DNA of 64,000 nucleotides, taken from assembly GCF_009914755.1 (NCBI RefSeq), contig NC_060933.1, one strand, 5' to 3'. This document shows, in pieces, positions 46,304 through 60,900 of this stretch. Both the position numbers and the translations under genes were made by a program. Origin of the DNA: the human T2T-CHM13v2.0 reference genome, Homo sapiens. The number at the start of each line of letters is the position of its first letter. Position 1 is the stretch's first letter. Below the pieces are notes generated by a model. The model had not been told where the DNA came from. It ran no database searches and saw only the letters and a list, made by a program, of their open reading frames with translations.

Positions 46304-47579
46304 CCATAACAATCTGTTTTATATCCCACTCCTGCAGAGTTCTGTTTTAAGATCTTTGGGAACCTCTTCTTTTAAAATTTGTGTGTTATCTACAAACCTC
46401 TTTCACATGCAATGTCTCATTTATGTTATTTCGAAAGATCTTGCTATCTGGGAGGTATCATGTATATCTTACTGATCTTCATGCCTCAGCTTACAGAGAT
46501 CTAGTGCCATGCCTGAGGACACAAAGCCAGTTGTTTTACAACTGGAAGACAAATCTGACTCAAAGTTTAATAAGTGTGTGTGTGTGCACATATGTGTGCA
46601 TTTGTTTCCTGCTGTAGCCAAGATTCTTGACCCTTTTATGTTGGCAGCGTTCTTTGAACACTGGAGCATTACTTCCCCTTCTTCATGGGATTTAAAAAAG
46701 AGCTCGAAGCAACACTAAAACATGTCAGCATAATTGCCAAGAGATAACAACCACAGTAAAACAGTGTTTCACATTGTCTTTAAAAGCATCTCTATTTACT
46801 TACTACTCACCCTGTGGCCTTTTAGCACCATACTGCATTTGAGCAGAACTGTTAACTGCCCTTATATATTCACAAGGAAATGTTCTTGCATGCTCTTCAA
46901 AAACAAAACAAAACAAAAACAACCAAAAAAGTTTTGCAACAGGCTTAGTTTTTCAGCACACTAACAACTCTTAATACCAGCAAATTATACCCTCCTCCTC
47001 TGCTCTGCGCCTGATATTTCCATAACACACATACACATACACGCACAATTTGTTATCATCTCCAGTATTTTTTAAATTGATAAAAAATTGATAGTTCACC
47101 TTTAAGAAGACTACGGTACAACAAGGGAGCAGGAACACCGGTTTAAAACCTCTATGGTAGGACATGGTTCAATTAAATATCCTGTCAAAAAGCGATCTGG
47201 AAATTAAGGCGTTTGATCTCGCTCATTAAACGGATAAATTCTGATGGCAGGTTTAATGTAATGCCTATACAGCTAGAATGTTCTAAGAGAAGGAGATTAG
47301 TGATTTACTAAGTCACTTCTTCCTTGGCTGTGAAAATGCTTTTTCTGCAATTTTTTTTTTTCAGCTCAGGCTTGCAATGGATTTGTACTTTAGGAGAAAG
47401 CACCCTTTCTAAATAATATTTCTTCCAAAACTACCATCATGACCAGCATTTCAGTGACTAGAAATTCTTTCATCTTAGAAATTCTTTCGTAAGTTGATTC
47501 TTATTATACTCTCCAGTGCTAAATAAAGGGAAAGCCACAAATGGAACTTTACTGAAAATGCTATATAACACTAATAGCA

Positions 47580-47780
47580 TTAGTTATGTGACGTGATATG
47601 TGCCAGACACTGTTTTAAGTTATTTGCATATATTAACTCACAACAATTCTGTGAAGTCAGTATATTTATTATGGTCCCTTTCCAGATGGGAAAACTCAGG
47701 TATAAGGGAAATGTGTGATTGACTAAACAGCAGTGCAACCAGAGTTTGAATCCAGACATTAGGAATCTAAGGTCTTGGTA
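47580..47780 (-). mobile_element. MIR SINE
   Basis: tatgtgccagacactgttttaag...cagatgggaaaactcagg...gtttgaatccag. Confidence 0.7.
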
Positions 47781-47813
47781 TTTAGGCTTTACATAAAAAC
47801 AATTCAAAAGGGA

Positions 47814-48256
<443 letters not shown>

Positions 48257-50422
48257 TCATTATGAGGAACTGACCCAGAAAATTCATAGTTTGGGACTGT
48301 GTGTTTGTAGACTTTTGATACAGAAGTGAAAACATGTCCGTGACAGCTCAAATATTATTTGAAGATTCAAAGTGAAAATCCAAGCACCAAAGCATCTTTT
48401 GCTTCCTTCTCACCCACAACACCATGGGGAGAACCCCCGGCTATTTTTTGAAAGGTGAATCACAATGTCTACCTGTTCAAGAGTGTTCACCTTTCTACTC
48501 AGCTTGTAGTAGGAGGCTGGTTCCTGATTGGAAAAAGCAGATATGACTGTTTTATAGTCCATTTTAAAGTCAAAGAGGACCCACACAATGCCAAATGTGT
48601 GCTACTATAATAAATCTGCCATTTATTTCAGGAAGCACTGAAATTTAAGCTCTTTACTGACATGTACCAGAGCTTGATTAGCTACCTTAGATGAGCTTTT
48701 ACACTAAAGTTTTTATTCTGTAATTACATAGAAAATAGCTTTCACACTTATGCCAAGATACTAAGTTCTATGTCAGCTGTTAAATTTCAGCCACCAGTGT
48801 GGGAGGTAACACTAGCTGTAATGTTAATGGCTGTTAAAAGTTAATGTTTAATAGCTTTGAAAATAGAAATTAAACTTGAAAAGTCTATGCAGATACCTGG
48901 AATGTGGATGGATTTCTCAAGCTTCAAGTGAAGAAAAATATTGACAATTTTTCAGTGAATTTATAATGATGGAAAGGGAAATCATTCGAGTCAAGTATCA
49001 TCTTTGATGAGTGATCGTCACCTTCATGAATGATCCTAAAAAACTATCTATATTGATCAAGTATAGCAAAATATTTCAGAAGTTTGCACCTCATCACTGT
49101 GAATTTTGTTGACAGAGTTATAATTCATTTAACCCCCAAATAATCTTTGGTTCAATAGACAATGAAGGCTTTATTTAATATTGATGCAATTTATGACTTG
49201 ACTCTATACTTAACAGTAGTTCCCATGTTAATTAGAAGGAAGATAACTGAATTACATTTAAAAACATTTACTGTACTTGATCATCATAAGTTGGGGACCC
49301 TTGTTTCAGTAGCCTATATATTGGGCTGCTTTTAAAATATCACATTATCTTCATGAAAAGTAGTGGCTGCTTTTTCACAGAAGTCATTTTTCATAATTCA
49401 ATCTCTTAGTTATTACATAGTGTTTCTCCCCAAGTGCCAAAAGAAATGAGAATATATTTTTATTTCATGGTTCTTATTAAAAGCTCATTTTCTTGGACAA
49501 ATAAGATAGTGTTTAAGTCATTGGGTCAGTAGACATAGTTATTGTGGATTTAGAATATTTAATCGAAAAGATTGGTTAATATGAACTCATGCATTGAAAT
49601 ATAGCAGTTCTCTTAAGAATTGCTACAAGATCTAAATAAACATTATTTTCTTTGAAAAGGCTAGTACTCCTGAAAATACTCAGAAAATAATTTATAAAAT
49701 ATGCATCTAGAGCAAAGTGTAAATGGCAAAAAATGGTTCAAATTTCCCATGTTACCAAATGGATTAGACTGTTGTGTTATCCAGTATCCATGATACTTTT
49801 GTATCATGCCACTTGTTTTATACTAAAAAAATTCTAAAAGAGTATTTAAAATACTCTGAAGGAAAAAACGTTTCTGCACATAAAGGTATTTATTGAAGGA
49901 TACCTGGTTGCCACTTTTTCACTGTCATATAATTACATATGCCAAGAGGGTGCAAGTCAAGCTTAATAAGATAATATTTAAAATGGAATATTGTATGACC
50001 AATAAAATATACACATATTGAGGTGATACTGAAACACAAAATAGACTGAAAAAGAAATACTGAAAAATGACATTAAAATTATATTTACACTAAAATAAAT
50101 TTTTAAAGTTATATATTCATATGGACACTAAGAGACCACCACCAAATGAAAGCTTTTGAAAAGACAGGTAAATTTTTTCACCTTTCTTAATGAAGAATTT
50201 AATTACTGCTATTGCAGTTCTCATTACATCCTATAATATAAAGAAAATATGTAGAAATAATAGAAATCTTTAAATCATTCTCTCTCCTCTTTATTATTTG
50301 TTGCCCTGATGGCATGTTAGAGTAATGAACAAAGAGATAAGAAGGAAGATCTTATTGAAATTATAAAGTTACAAATACCCGTATATAGAAACATCTATCT
50401 AGAGATATATAGACAGAAACAA

Positions 50423-50449
50423 AGATAGATAGATGACAGATAGATCGAT

Positions 50450-50496
<47 letters not shown>
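50423..50496. repeat. Compound GATA tetranucleotide STR with an uninterrupted (AGAT)11 at 50453-50496
   Basis: agatagatagatgacagatagatcgatgat(agat)11. Confidence 0.95.
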
Positions 50497-50639
50497 GGTG
50501 CTGGGAAATGCAATGCAAATCTTCCCAAATACCCCTTAACTCTTTGAGTTGTATAATTTACTTGTCCACTGAATGTTATCAGGAAAATACAGTTATATTG
50601 AAATAATTTAGAGAAAAATTTAAAAAAATAACTGACTTT

Positions 50640-53600
50640 TATTGTTTTTTAATTTTTAATTTCTATGGGTACATAGTAGGTGTATATATTTATGGGATAT
50701 ATAAAATAGTTTGATACGGCATATACTGTGGAATAATTACATCAGGGTAAATGAAGTTTCCATCATCTCAAGCATTTATCCTTTCTTTGTGTTAAAAACA
50801 ATCCAATTATACTCTTTTAGTTATTTTAAAATGTACCATAAATTACTGTTGACTGTTCTCACCCTTTTGTGCTATCAAAAACTAGATATTATTCATTCTA
50901 TCTAACTATATTTTTTGTACCCATTAAGCATCCCCACTTCCCCCACCCCCTGCCACTACCCTTCCCGGCCTTTGGTAGACTTCATTCTACTCTCCATCTC
51001 CATGAGTTCAATTCCTTTAATTTTTTAACTCCCACAAATAAGGAGATCATGCAAAGTTTGTCTTCAGTTCCATCCATGTTGTTATAAGTGAGAGAATCTC
51101 ATTTTTTTATGGCTTAGTAGTATGACATTGTGTGTATGTACCATATTTTCTTTACCCATTTGTCTGTAAATGGACACATAGCTTGCTTCCTAATCTTGCT
51201 TATTGTGAATATTGTTGTAATAAACATGGGAGGCAGATATCTCTCTCTTCGATACACTGACTTCCTTCCTTTTTGGTATATAGCTAGCAGTGGGGTTGCT
51301 GGATTATATGGTAGCTCTATTTTTAGTTTTCTAGGGAACTTCCAAACTGTTCTCTATAGTGGTTGTACTAACTTACATTCCCACCCACAGTGTAGATGGG
51401 CTCCCTTTTCTCCACATCCTCTTCAGCATTTGTTATTGCTTGTCATTTGGATAAAAGCCATTTTAACTGGGGTGAGATATCACATTGTAGCTTTGATTTG
51501 CATTTCTCTGTTGATAAATGATGTTGAGTACCTTTTCATACACCTGTTTACCATCTATATGTCTTTTGTTTTCAAAAATGTCTATTCAGATCTTTAGAAC
51601 GTTTTTCAGTGAGATTATTAGTTTTTTTCCTATAGAGTAGTTTGAACTCCTTATCTAATCTGGTTATAAATCCCTTGTTAGAAGGGTGGGTTGCAAATAT
51701 TTTCTCCCATTCTGTGGGTTGTTTCTACAGTTTATTTATTGTTTCTTTTGCTATTCAGAGCTTTTAAACTTGGTGTGATCCCATTTGTCAATTTTTGCTT
51801 TGGTTGCCTGTGCTTGTGAGATATTACTCAAGAAATCTTTGCCCAATTCAGTGTCCTAGAGCTTCCCTAATGTTTTCTTATAGTAGTTTTATAGTTTGAG
51901 GTCTTACATTTAAATCTTTAATTCATACTTAGTTGACTTTTACGTACAGTGAGAGATAGGGGTTAGTTTCATTCTTCTACCTTATGGATATCTAATTTTC
52001 TCAGCAACAATTATTGAAGACACTGTCCATTTCCCAATATATGTTTTTGGTGTCTTTGTTGAAAATTAGTTCACAGTAAATGTATGGATTATTTTCTGGG
52101 TTCTCTATTCTGTTCCTTTGGCCTATGTGTCTATTTTTATGCCAGTACCATGCTGTTTTGGTTACTATGGCTCTGTAGAATATTTTGAAGTCACATAATG
52201 TGATTCCTCCAGTTTTGTTCAGGATAGCTTTGGCATTCTGTGTCTTTTGTTGTTCCATATAAATTTTTGTATTGTTTTCTTCTATTTCTGTAAAGAATGC
52301 CATTGATATTTTAATAGAGATTGCATTAAATCTGAAGATTTCTTTGAGTAGAATGGACATTTTAACAATATTGATTCTTCCAATCCATAAACATGGACTC
52401 TTTCCATTTTTTATGTCCTTTTGAATTTCTCACATCAGTGTTTTATACTTTTTACTCTGGAGCGCTTTCGATCATTTTATTCTTAGATATTTTATGTTAT
52501 TTGTAGCTATTATAAATGGAGTTACTTTGTAGATTTCTTTTGCAGACTGTTTGCTGTTGGTATATGGAAATGCTACTGACTTTTATTTTGCAAACTTATT
52601 GAATTTATCAGTTTGAATATTTTTTTGGTGGAGTCTTTAGGGTTATCCAAACATAAGATTACATAATCTGCAAAGAAGGCTAAGTTGACTTTTTTTCTTT
52701 CCAATTTGGATGCCCTTCATTTAATTAACTTGTCTGATTGCTCTACCTAGGACTTTCAGGATTCTGTCAAATAATAGTTGTTAAGGTGGGCATCCTTGTT
52801 TGTATTCCAGATATCAGAGAAAAGGCTTTCACTTCTTCTCATTTCAATATGATACTAGCTGTGGGACTGTCATATATGGTTTTTACTGTGTTGACAGATG
52901 TTTCTTCTACACCTATTTGTTGAGGGTTTTTATAAAGGGATGTTGAATTTTATCAAATGCTTTTTCAGCATTTCATTTCATTGAAGCATTTTGTTGATAT
53001 GGTATACCAGATTGATTGATTTGCATATGTTGAACCATCCTTGCATCTTTGGCATGAATCCCAGTTGGTAACAATGAATGATTGTTTTTTAAATGTGTTG
53101 TTGAATTTGGTTTGCTATTATTTTGTTGAGGATTTTTGCATCATGAACATTGGCCTACAGTTTTCACTTTTTGATGTGTCTTTGTGTGGTTTTGGTAGCA
53201 GAGTAATACTGGCCTCACAGAATAAGATTGGAAGTATTTTCTCCTTTTTTTGTAATAGTTTATATAGGATTGGTGTTAATTCTTCTTTAAATGTTTTGTA
53301 GAATTCAGCATTGAAGCCATCAGGTCCTGGGTTTGTGCAGGGGGAGACTTTTATTATGGCTTCAATCTCATTACTTGTTATTGGTTTCTATAGGTTTTGG
53401 ATTTGTTCATGATTCATTGTTGGTAGGTTGCATGTGTCTAGGAATTTGTCCATTTTTTATAGGTTTTCTAATTTACTGGCAAATCGTTCCTTATAGTGGC
53501 CTCTAATGATCCTTTGAATTTCTGCACTATCCAGTTTTAATGTCTCATTTTTCATTACTGATTTTATTTGAGTCTTCTCTCTTTTTCTCTTAATCTGGAT

Positions 53601-55595
53601 AAAGGTTTGTCAATTTTGTCTATCTCTTCAACAACTCCAATTTTTGTTTCATTGATCTTTTGTATTATTTATTTCAATTTATTTATTTCTGCTCTGTTCT
53701 TTATTATTTATTTTCTTCTGCTAATTTGGGGTTTGGTTTGCTCTTACTTTTCTAGCTCCTTAAGATGCATTGTTAGGTTGTTTATTAGAAGTTTTTCTAC
53801 TTTTCTGATGTGGGAACATTTAGCTATAATAATTTCTCTGAGTATTGCTTTTGCTGTATCCCATAGCTTTTTGTATGTTGTGTTTCCATTATCATTTGTT
53901 TCAATAAATGTTTCAATTTCCTTCTTAATTTCTTCATTGATCCACTGGTCATTCAAGAGCATATTGTTTAATTTCCATGTTTTTGTATAGTTTTCAAAAT
54001 TCCTCTCGTTATTGATGTCTGCTTTTATTCCACTGTGGTCAGACAAGATACTTGACATAATTTCAATAGTTTTGAATTTTATAAGACTTGTTTTGTGGCC
54101 AAATATGTGGACTCCTTTAGAAATAGTCATGTGCTGAGGAGGATAATGTGTATTCTGTAGTTGCTGGATGAAATGTTCTATAAATATCTGTTAAGTTCCT
54201 TTGGTCTATAGTGCAGATTATATCCAATATATCTTTGTGGATTTTCTGCCTGGTCTGTCCAATGCTAGAAATTCCAGCCACTATTGTATTGGAATTTATG
54301 TCTCTTTTTAGCTCTAACATGCTTTATCTTTTCCTTTAGCTCTAATACGCTTTGTATATTGGGTGCTCCAGTGTTGGGTGCATATATATTTAAATTGTTA
54401 TATCCTCTTGCTGAATTGACCCCCTTATCATTATATAATGACCTTCTGTGTCTCTTTTTATATTCTATTTTATATTCTATTTTTCTGTGTACTTACTATT
54501 ACTAGCAAGTTTTGTACCTTCAGATGATTTCTTACTGCTCATTGACATCCTTTTCTTTCAGACTGAAAAACTCCCTTTAGTATTTCATGTAGAACAGATA
54601 AGGAGTTGACAAAACCTCTCAGATTTTGTTTTTCTGGTCTTTATTTCTCCTTCATGTTTGAAGGACATTTCTGCTAGATATATTATGTTAAGATAAAATA
54701 TTTTTTTTCTATGGCACTTTAAATATGTCATGTCACTCTCTCGGCCTGTAAAGTTTCCACTGAAAAGTCTGCTGTCAGACTTATTGGAGCTTCATCATGT
54801 GTTACTTGTTTCTTTTCTCTTGCTGCCTTTAGGATTCTTTCTTTATCCTTGACCCTTGGGAGTTTGATATTTCTTGAGGTAGTCTTATTTGGGTTAAATC
54901 TTTTTGGTGTTCTATAACCTTCTTGTATTTGAGTATTGATATCTTTCTGTAGGTTTAGGAAGTTATCTGTTATCACTTTGAATAAACTTTCTACTCTTAT
55001 CTTTCTGTCTACCTCCTCTTTAAGGCTAATAATGTCTAGATTTGCCTGTTTGAGGGTATTTTCTAGGCCTTGTAGGCAGACTTCATTATTTTTTATGCCT
55101 CTTGCTTTTGTCTTCACTGACTGTATTTTCAAAAGACCTGTCTTTAAGCTCACTGATTTTTTTCCCTCTGCCGGATCAATTCTGCTGCTAAGAGATTGAT
55201 CCATTTTTCAGTATGTCAATTGCACTTTTCAACTTCAGAATTTTTGCTTGATTTCTTAAAATTATTTCAATCTCTTTGTTAAATTTTTCTGATAGGATTC
55301 TGAATTCCTTTTCTTGTTATTTTGAATTTCTTCATAGTTCCTCAAAACAGCTATTTTGAATTCTCTTTTTGTAAGGTCACATATCTGTCTCTCCAGGGCT
55401 GGTCCCTGGTGACTTATTTAGTTCATTTAGTGAGATCATGTTCCCCTGGATGGTCTTGATGCTTGTATATGTTAATCATTCTCTTGGCATTGAAGAGTTA
55501 GGAAATTATCATAGCCTTACAGTCTGGGCTTGTTTGTACCCATGCTTTTTGGGAAGGCTTTCCAGGTATTTGAAGGAACTCGGGTGTTGCAACCT
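50640..55595 (-). mobile_element. Long decayed L1MA1-3-type LINE-1 (3'UTR, ORF2 and ORF1 remnants)
   Basis: gggtacatagtaggtgtatatatttatggg...catctcaagcatttatcc 3'UTR; ORF2 peptides at 52001-52360 and 53744-54130; ORF1 peptide at 54728-55204 (KERILKAAREK...LTADFSVETLQA). Confidence 0.88.
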
Positions 55596-55599
55596 ATCA

Positions 55600-56545
55600 A
55601 TTTTTATTTTAGATTCCTGATGTACATGTGCAGGATTGTTACATGGGTATATTGTGTGAGGCTCGGGTTTCAGGTATGGATCCTGTTGTCACCCAGGTAG
55701 TGGGCATGATACTCAATAGGTAGTTTTGCAGCCCATGCCTACCTTCGCCCCTACCCATCTTGTAGCCCCCAGTGTCTATTTTCCCTTCTTCATGTCTATA
55801 TGTGCTCAATATATAGCTCCCATTTATAAATGTGAACAAACAGTATTTGGTTTTCTGTTTCTGTGTTAATTTTGCTTAGGATAATGGCCTTTAGCTGCAT
55901 TAATAATGCTTCAAATGACATGATTTTTTTCTTTCTCATGGCTGCATAGTATTCCATGGTGTATATGTACAGCATTTTGTTTATCCAATTCACCATTGAT
56001 GGTCACCTAGATTGATTCCATGTCTTTATTATTGTGAGTAGTACAGCCATGAGCATATTAACATACATGTCTTTTTTGTGGAGCAATTTATTCCTTTTTG
56101 GATATGTAACCAATAATGGAATTGGTGCATCAAATAATTGTCTTTTATGCTTTTTGAGATCTCTCCACATTCCTTTCCACAATGGCTGGACTAATCTATA
56201 TCCCCATCAACAGTTTAAAAGCATCCCCTTTTCTCCACAGTCTCACAGCATTTTCTTTATCCAATTCACCATTGATGAGTGCCTAGGTTGATTCCATGTC
56301 TTTGTTGTTGTGAATAGTGCAGCAATAAACATATAAATCTATGTATCTTTTTTGTGGAACAATTTATTTTCCTTTGGGTATGTAATCAATAATGGGATTG
56401 CTGCATCAAATGATAATTGTCTTTTGTGCTTTTTGAGGTCTCTCCACATTGCTTTCCAAAATGGCTGAACTAATTTTCATTCCCCTCAACAGCTTAAAAG
56501 CATCCCCTTTTCTTCACAGCCTCACCAGCATCTGTTACTTTTTGC
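55600..56545 (-). mobile_element. L1PA15/16-like 3' fragment with an internal ~276-bp tandem duplication
   Basis: tacatgtgcagg...ggtatattgtgtga...gtcacccaggtagtg; duplicated block starts at 55969 and 56245. Confidence 0.8.
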
Positions 56546-57149
56546 ATAGAGAAAACATTTTTTTAAAAAAAATCCCAATGTCTTACATAATGTTTCAGAA
56601 GACTTCTTGCATAAATCCAGAGATTTGGAGACAATATGTTTTATCTCCTCTAGTCAGTCTTGTGACTATGAAGTCAAGTCTCCTTACTAGTTGAGTAAAG
56701 ATATGCTAATTTAAACAGTGATTAACAAAATACAAAGTTTATGAAAAGTTAGAAATAATCTCTAAGTGCCCACCCCAGAATAAATCTGCAATATACTATA
56801 GAATAGTGTTGGGAACTTTTGTTGCCAGGATACAATGTCATGGCTTTGATTTAAAGCTCTCAGCTCTGGCAAAAATTAAATTTAAGTTCATTAAACTAAG
56901 CACAGTGTGTTGAATACAGATCAGCTCATTACTGAGCATCAACTCAATCATTGATGAGAGCTCTTTGAAAGGCCCATCATTATAACATAGAATGTCATTT
57001 TATTACCAGACAGTAACTGCCTGATTAAAATCTTAAATGGATGGGGATCACTGAGAAGCCATATTGAAAGTATCTTCCAGCTGATTATTAAAGTAAAGAA
57101 TGCACTAAAGGGAAATATTAGTGAAAATAGCTAATTTTCTCACCTTAAT

Positions 57150-57900
57150 GTCTTTCATGTGTGTCCTCTCCTTTCCATTTCTACTGGCATACCCTTAATC
57201 CAAGATGTCATTTTCACTCTTTGATTATTGCAATAGCTTTCTTAAAATCTGGCCTTATTGCTTTTATATCCCAACTCTCTTCAAGTATATGCTAAGTAAA
57301 CTGTTACAGAAACATTTTCAAAGTCTATTTTTAAAAATATGTCAAATATTTGCTTAAAACCTTTTGACAGATGTATAATGACAAATAAAATTCACCAAAT
57401 TAGAAGGTCCAAGGCTCCCTTTAATCTGAATACTATTTATTTTTCTATTTTTAATCCTGTAGACTTTTCTAGAAAATAATTGTGTATACCTATAATGGAC
57501 TACTTACTTTTCATGTTATTGCCTTTTCTATTCTATTCATTAGTCACATACTTTCCACTGTTTAAAATATTCTTCTTTTCATTGCTAAATGTTGACATCT
57601 TAACCATCTTTTGGGCATGTGTTTGCCTATTAAAACATGCCCTTTTTTTCCTCTCTAGAATCTGTCATTTTCTATATTTTTCCTAGAGCGTTTTGCTTTC
57701 ATCTTTGCTATCACAATTGTTACACTATATCTTTCTGATAGTTTAGAAATAAGCCTATATATTATATAATGTCATGTTTTTGTTTTATTTATTAGATTTT
57801 AACTGATACAAGAAAATGTCCATGTGCTATTCATTTTATATCTCCTCAAACTCCTTGAACGATTCCTAACAGTAGTAAAACTGTAATATCAGTTTATTCA
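57150..57900 (+). mobile_element. L2 remnants
   Basis: tcctctcctttccatttctact...gattattgcaatagctt...gcttaaaacctt, typical of L2 body. Confidence 0.4.
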
Positions 57901-60900
57901 GTAAGGTAGAGAATTACTATTTTGAGTCACCTTAGTACCATTAAGATTCTTTGTAATTAACTACCATTGTGATGGTTACAAAGCCATACATACATTTATA
58001 AACCCATGAGCACAGTAATAATTCAGGCTGGAATTCAAATTTCAGTTTTATTTTATAGTGCTTACAGGATTTATGATAACTTATTAATCTGTTGAAAATT
58101 TTTTATCTTTCAAATGGAATACAAATATTCTAGTTGTATGGATTCAACAAGATGTTACATGTAACGTGTTCACGACATTGAAGCCAGTTAAAAACTAGTT
58201 ATCCTCTTTCACTTTCCTTCCCCTTTTCACTTTTACACAGAGAAGGGTCATATTTCATGGCAAAGCTAAAGTTGACAAAATTCCCCTTGGATTTTGAAGT
58301 TCATTGTTTTGTAGCTCACTGACATTATGTGAGTCACAGTGTGCTCACAGCTTCAAGACAGAACCAGCAATGTGTCTCATGAAACAAATAAGATGTTAGA
58401 TTATTTCCAGTGAATGCCTTTCTAAGTTTACTCAAGACTGGGTTCTGTCTTTGCTGATATCAATCATGGAATCATTTTCTGCACTGCCAAAACTAAACTC
58501 TTTTTAAATTTCTTTTATATTGTCACATGATTTGAAAGAATAAAACAACAAAATGATTGGGGGGTAGTTGAAATCAGAATTAAATCCTTATTCTACCTCC
58601 CTGAACCCTACCATCACCATGGAGCTGCCAAAATTTCACAGTTCTGAGAATAAGCTATTATCCCTATGGTTATTGGAAGACAGTTCTTAGCACAAAGCAA
58701 ATGGATAGAATGCAGAATATGTCTAAACAACTTAAAAATAGGTATTTAAAATATTCTTTTTTTGAGGGAATTAAATATAGGCTGTAACTTAGTAGGTAAG
58801 GGAGCCTGGTATTTATTCAAGGGGAGGTAGAAAAGTATTCAACTATGGGGAAAATGAAATTGCCAAGACTAAGAGAGAAGGATGGCTGATTCAGTCAGTG
58901 GGGGCACACATAGCAACTACTTCTATCCAGAGGCCCTAATGATTCAAGGTTATGTGAAGTGACAACTCTGGAGATTTGGAGATTGAGTTCCCTGCCATTG
59001 GACGATTAAGAAAAATCCTCACTTCTCATCCACTTAGTCCTCTATCTTAAAACTAAGTAATCCCTGGCAGCTCACTTCCAATGGCAAGATTCAGTCATGA
59101 GATCTTGTATGGAGATTTCTAAAGCAAAAGCATGTTAACTTTTCTCTAGTTGACCAGAGGCAACCTTCTATTTGAAGCTTACAATGGCTGCTATAGGGTG
59201 TGTATTGATAAGAACTGCATGCATTGTTGAACAAACATAGTTAAGTATTGTTAATATTATCCACATGATATGTATAACAAGAAATATTAGCCTGCATAAG
59301 TTATTTCAAGTTTAATGTAATACTTAGCTAAGTTTGATTAATGTATGCACTTCTGTGATATACATTTGATGGCATCAACTTAGAACTTCCAAGACCCATA
59401 ATGGATTTGGGGGCAACTTTATAGTGCTTTCTTAAGAATTAATAATTAAGGATTGAAAGGGAGCATTAATTATTGTATCTGAGAATAATGAGATTATTTA
59501 ACTATAAAACGTACATACATAATAGGTATAAAATATTGAATTATTGATGTGATTTTTCTCTTTTGAATTTTGTAGCACCTTATCTTTGCCTTATTTATAT
59601 TATTCATTTCTTGGTGGTTAGGGTAGACATCACATCATGATGTGTATAATATAAGAAAAAATGTAGAAAGAACTATGGAGTTTTAGGTATTTCTCATTCT
59701 ATCCTATGTAGATTAATAAGGGCCAGATCTATGGTTTTATTCAAAAGTTTGAAGAAGGTTAATAGAATAAAAAGGAGGAGGAGGAATCAGTGTCCATGGC
59801 ATCAGCTGGAAACCCATTATTTTACATTTCTAAGAAAAAAATAGGAGAGCAAAGACAAGTCTTGTCCTTTTGATAAGTTAAGGTAATATCTAGAACAGAG
59901 ATATTCTATTGTTTCTACCCCATATTTAGGAATCTAGAATGTGTTCCTTTCTACGCTAACCAAAAGAGGATGGGGTATGCACAGCTGGGTCTGGCTGAAG
60001 GTGGCATTTCCAAAAGCTTATCTTGAACTTAGAGGAACAGAGAGGGAAACAAGAATTTTCTGAGAGTATGGCTGGAATATCTTGGAAAAGTGATGGAAGG
60101 CGGAGCCACCAGCGAGGTACCAGGTAGTGACTTCGTAGGAAGAACTGTAAAGAACCCTGGAAGAAAATAGAAGGCACAGCCAGAACCCAGAGGATTCTAT
60201 GAGCCCAATAGTCAACCATGGATAACTACTGGTTTCTGACCAAAGTTTAATATACCCAATTATATGGTATATGCTGTAGACTCGGAGATGAAAGCAAAGT
60301 GGATCAGTAACATCATCTTAAAAGCATGAGGAAAATACAGTGCCAAAGCCTAATGCTATGAAGACTTAAAAGCCATACTCCTGAACATGTGAGCCTGATA
60401 TCATTTGAACAGAGTGTTGGGATGCAAAAGGCTGCTTGTACTATAGGTTTGTTCTCAGCTTTAATCATGATAGAAAAGTTACTGATTTTTTATCACAACA
60501 AATTACATTTTTTTTCATGCCTAGTATTTATTCTGAGTTAAATCTGTGATCCCAATGAACATGAGTAAAACATGCAGATATTTTAATAAAACTAAGTTCC
60601 ACTAGAAGGGCATATGACACACTAGATACTGTTTTTGCTTTAACTTTTTAATATGAAAACTTTTATTTTTAGTGTTCTTATGAAAGTATTTTTAATACCC
60701 TTATGCAGTATTCTTGCAACAAATCTACATAACTGCATATTAACTGAACTAAAGTAATGGGTACTTCCATAGAAAAATAAAAGTAGATACAATGGGTAAG
60801 TAATCCACCAATGGACAATAAAAATATATGACAAATATATTAAAATTTATACAATTTATTATTTTAAAAAGAAATTCAATTTAAAATTAATTACTAAATT

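Noticed and set aside
51130-53990. Hydrophobic + strand ORFs that look like membrane proteins (155 aa, 140 aa)
   Set aside because: Antisense translation of A-rich L1 sequence yields F/L/I/S-rich peptides.
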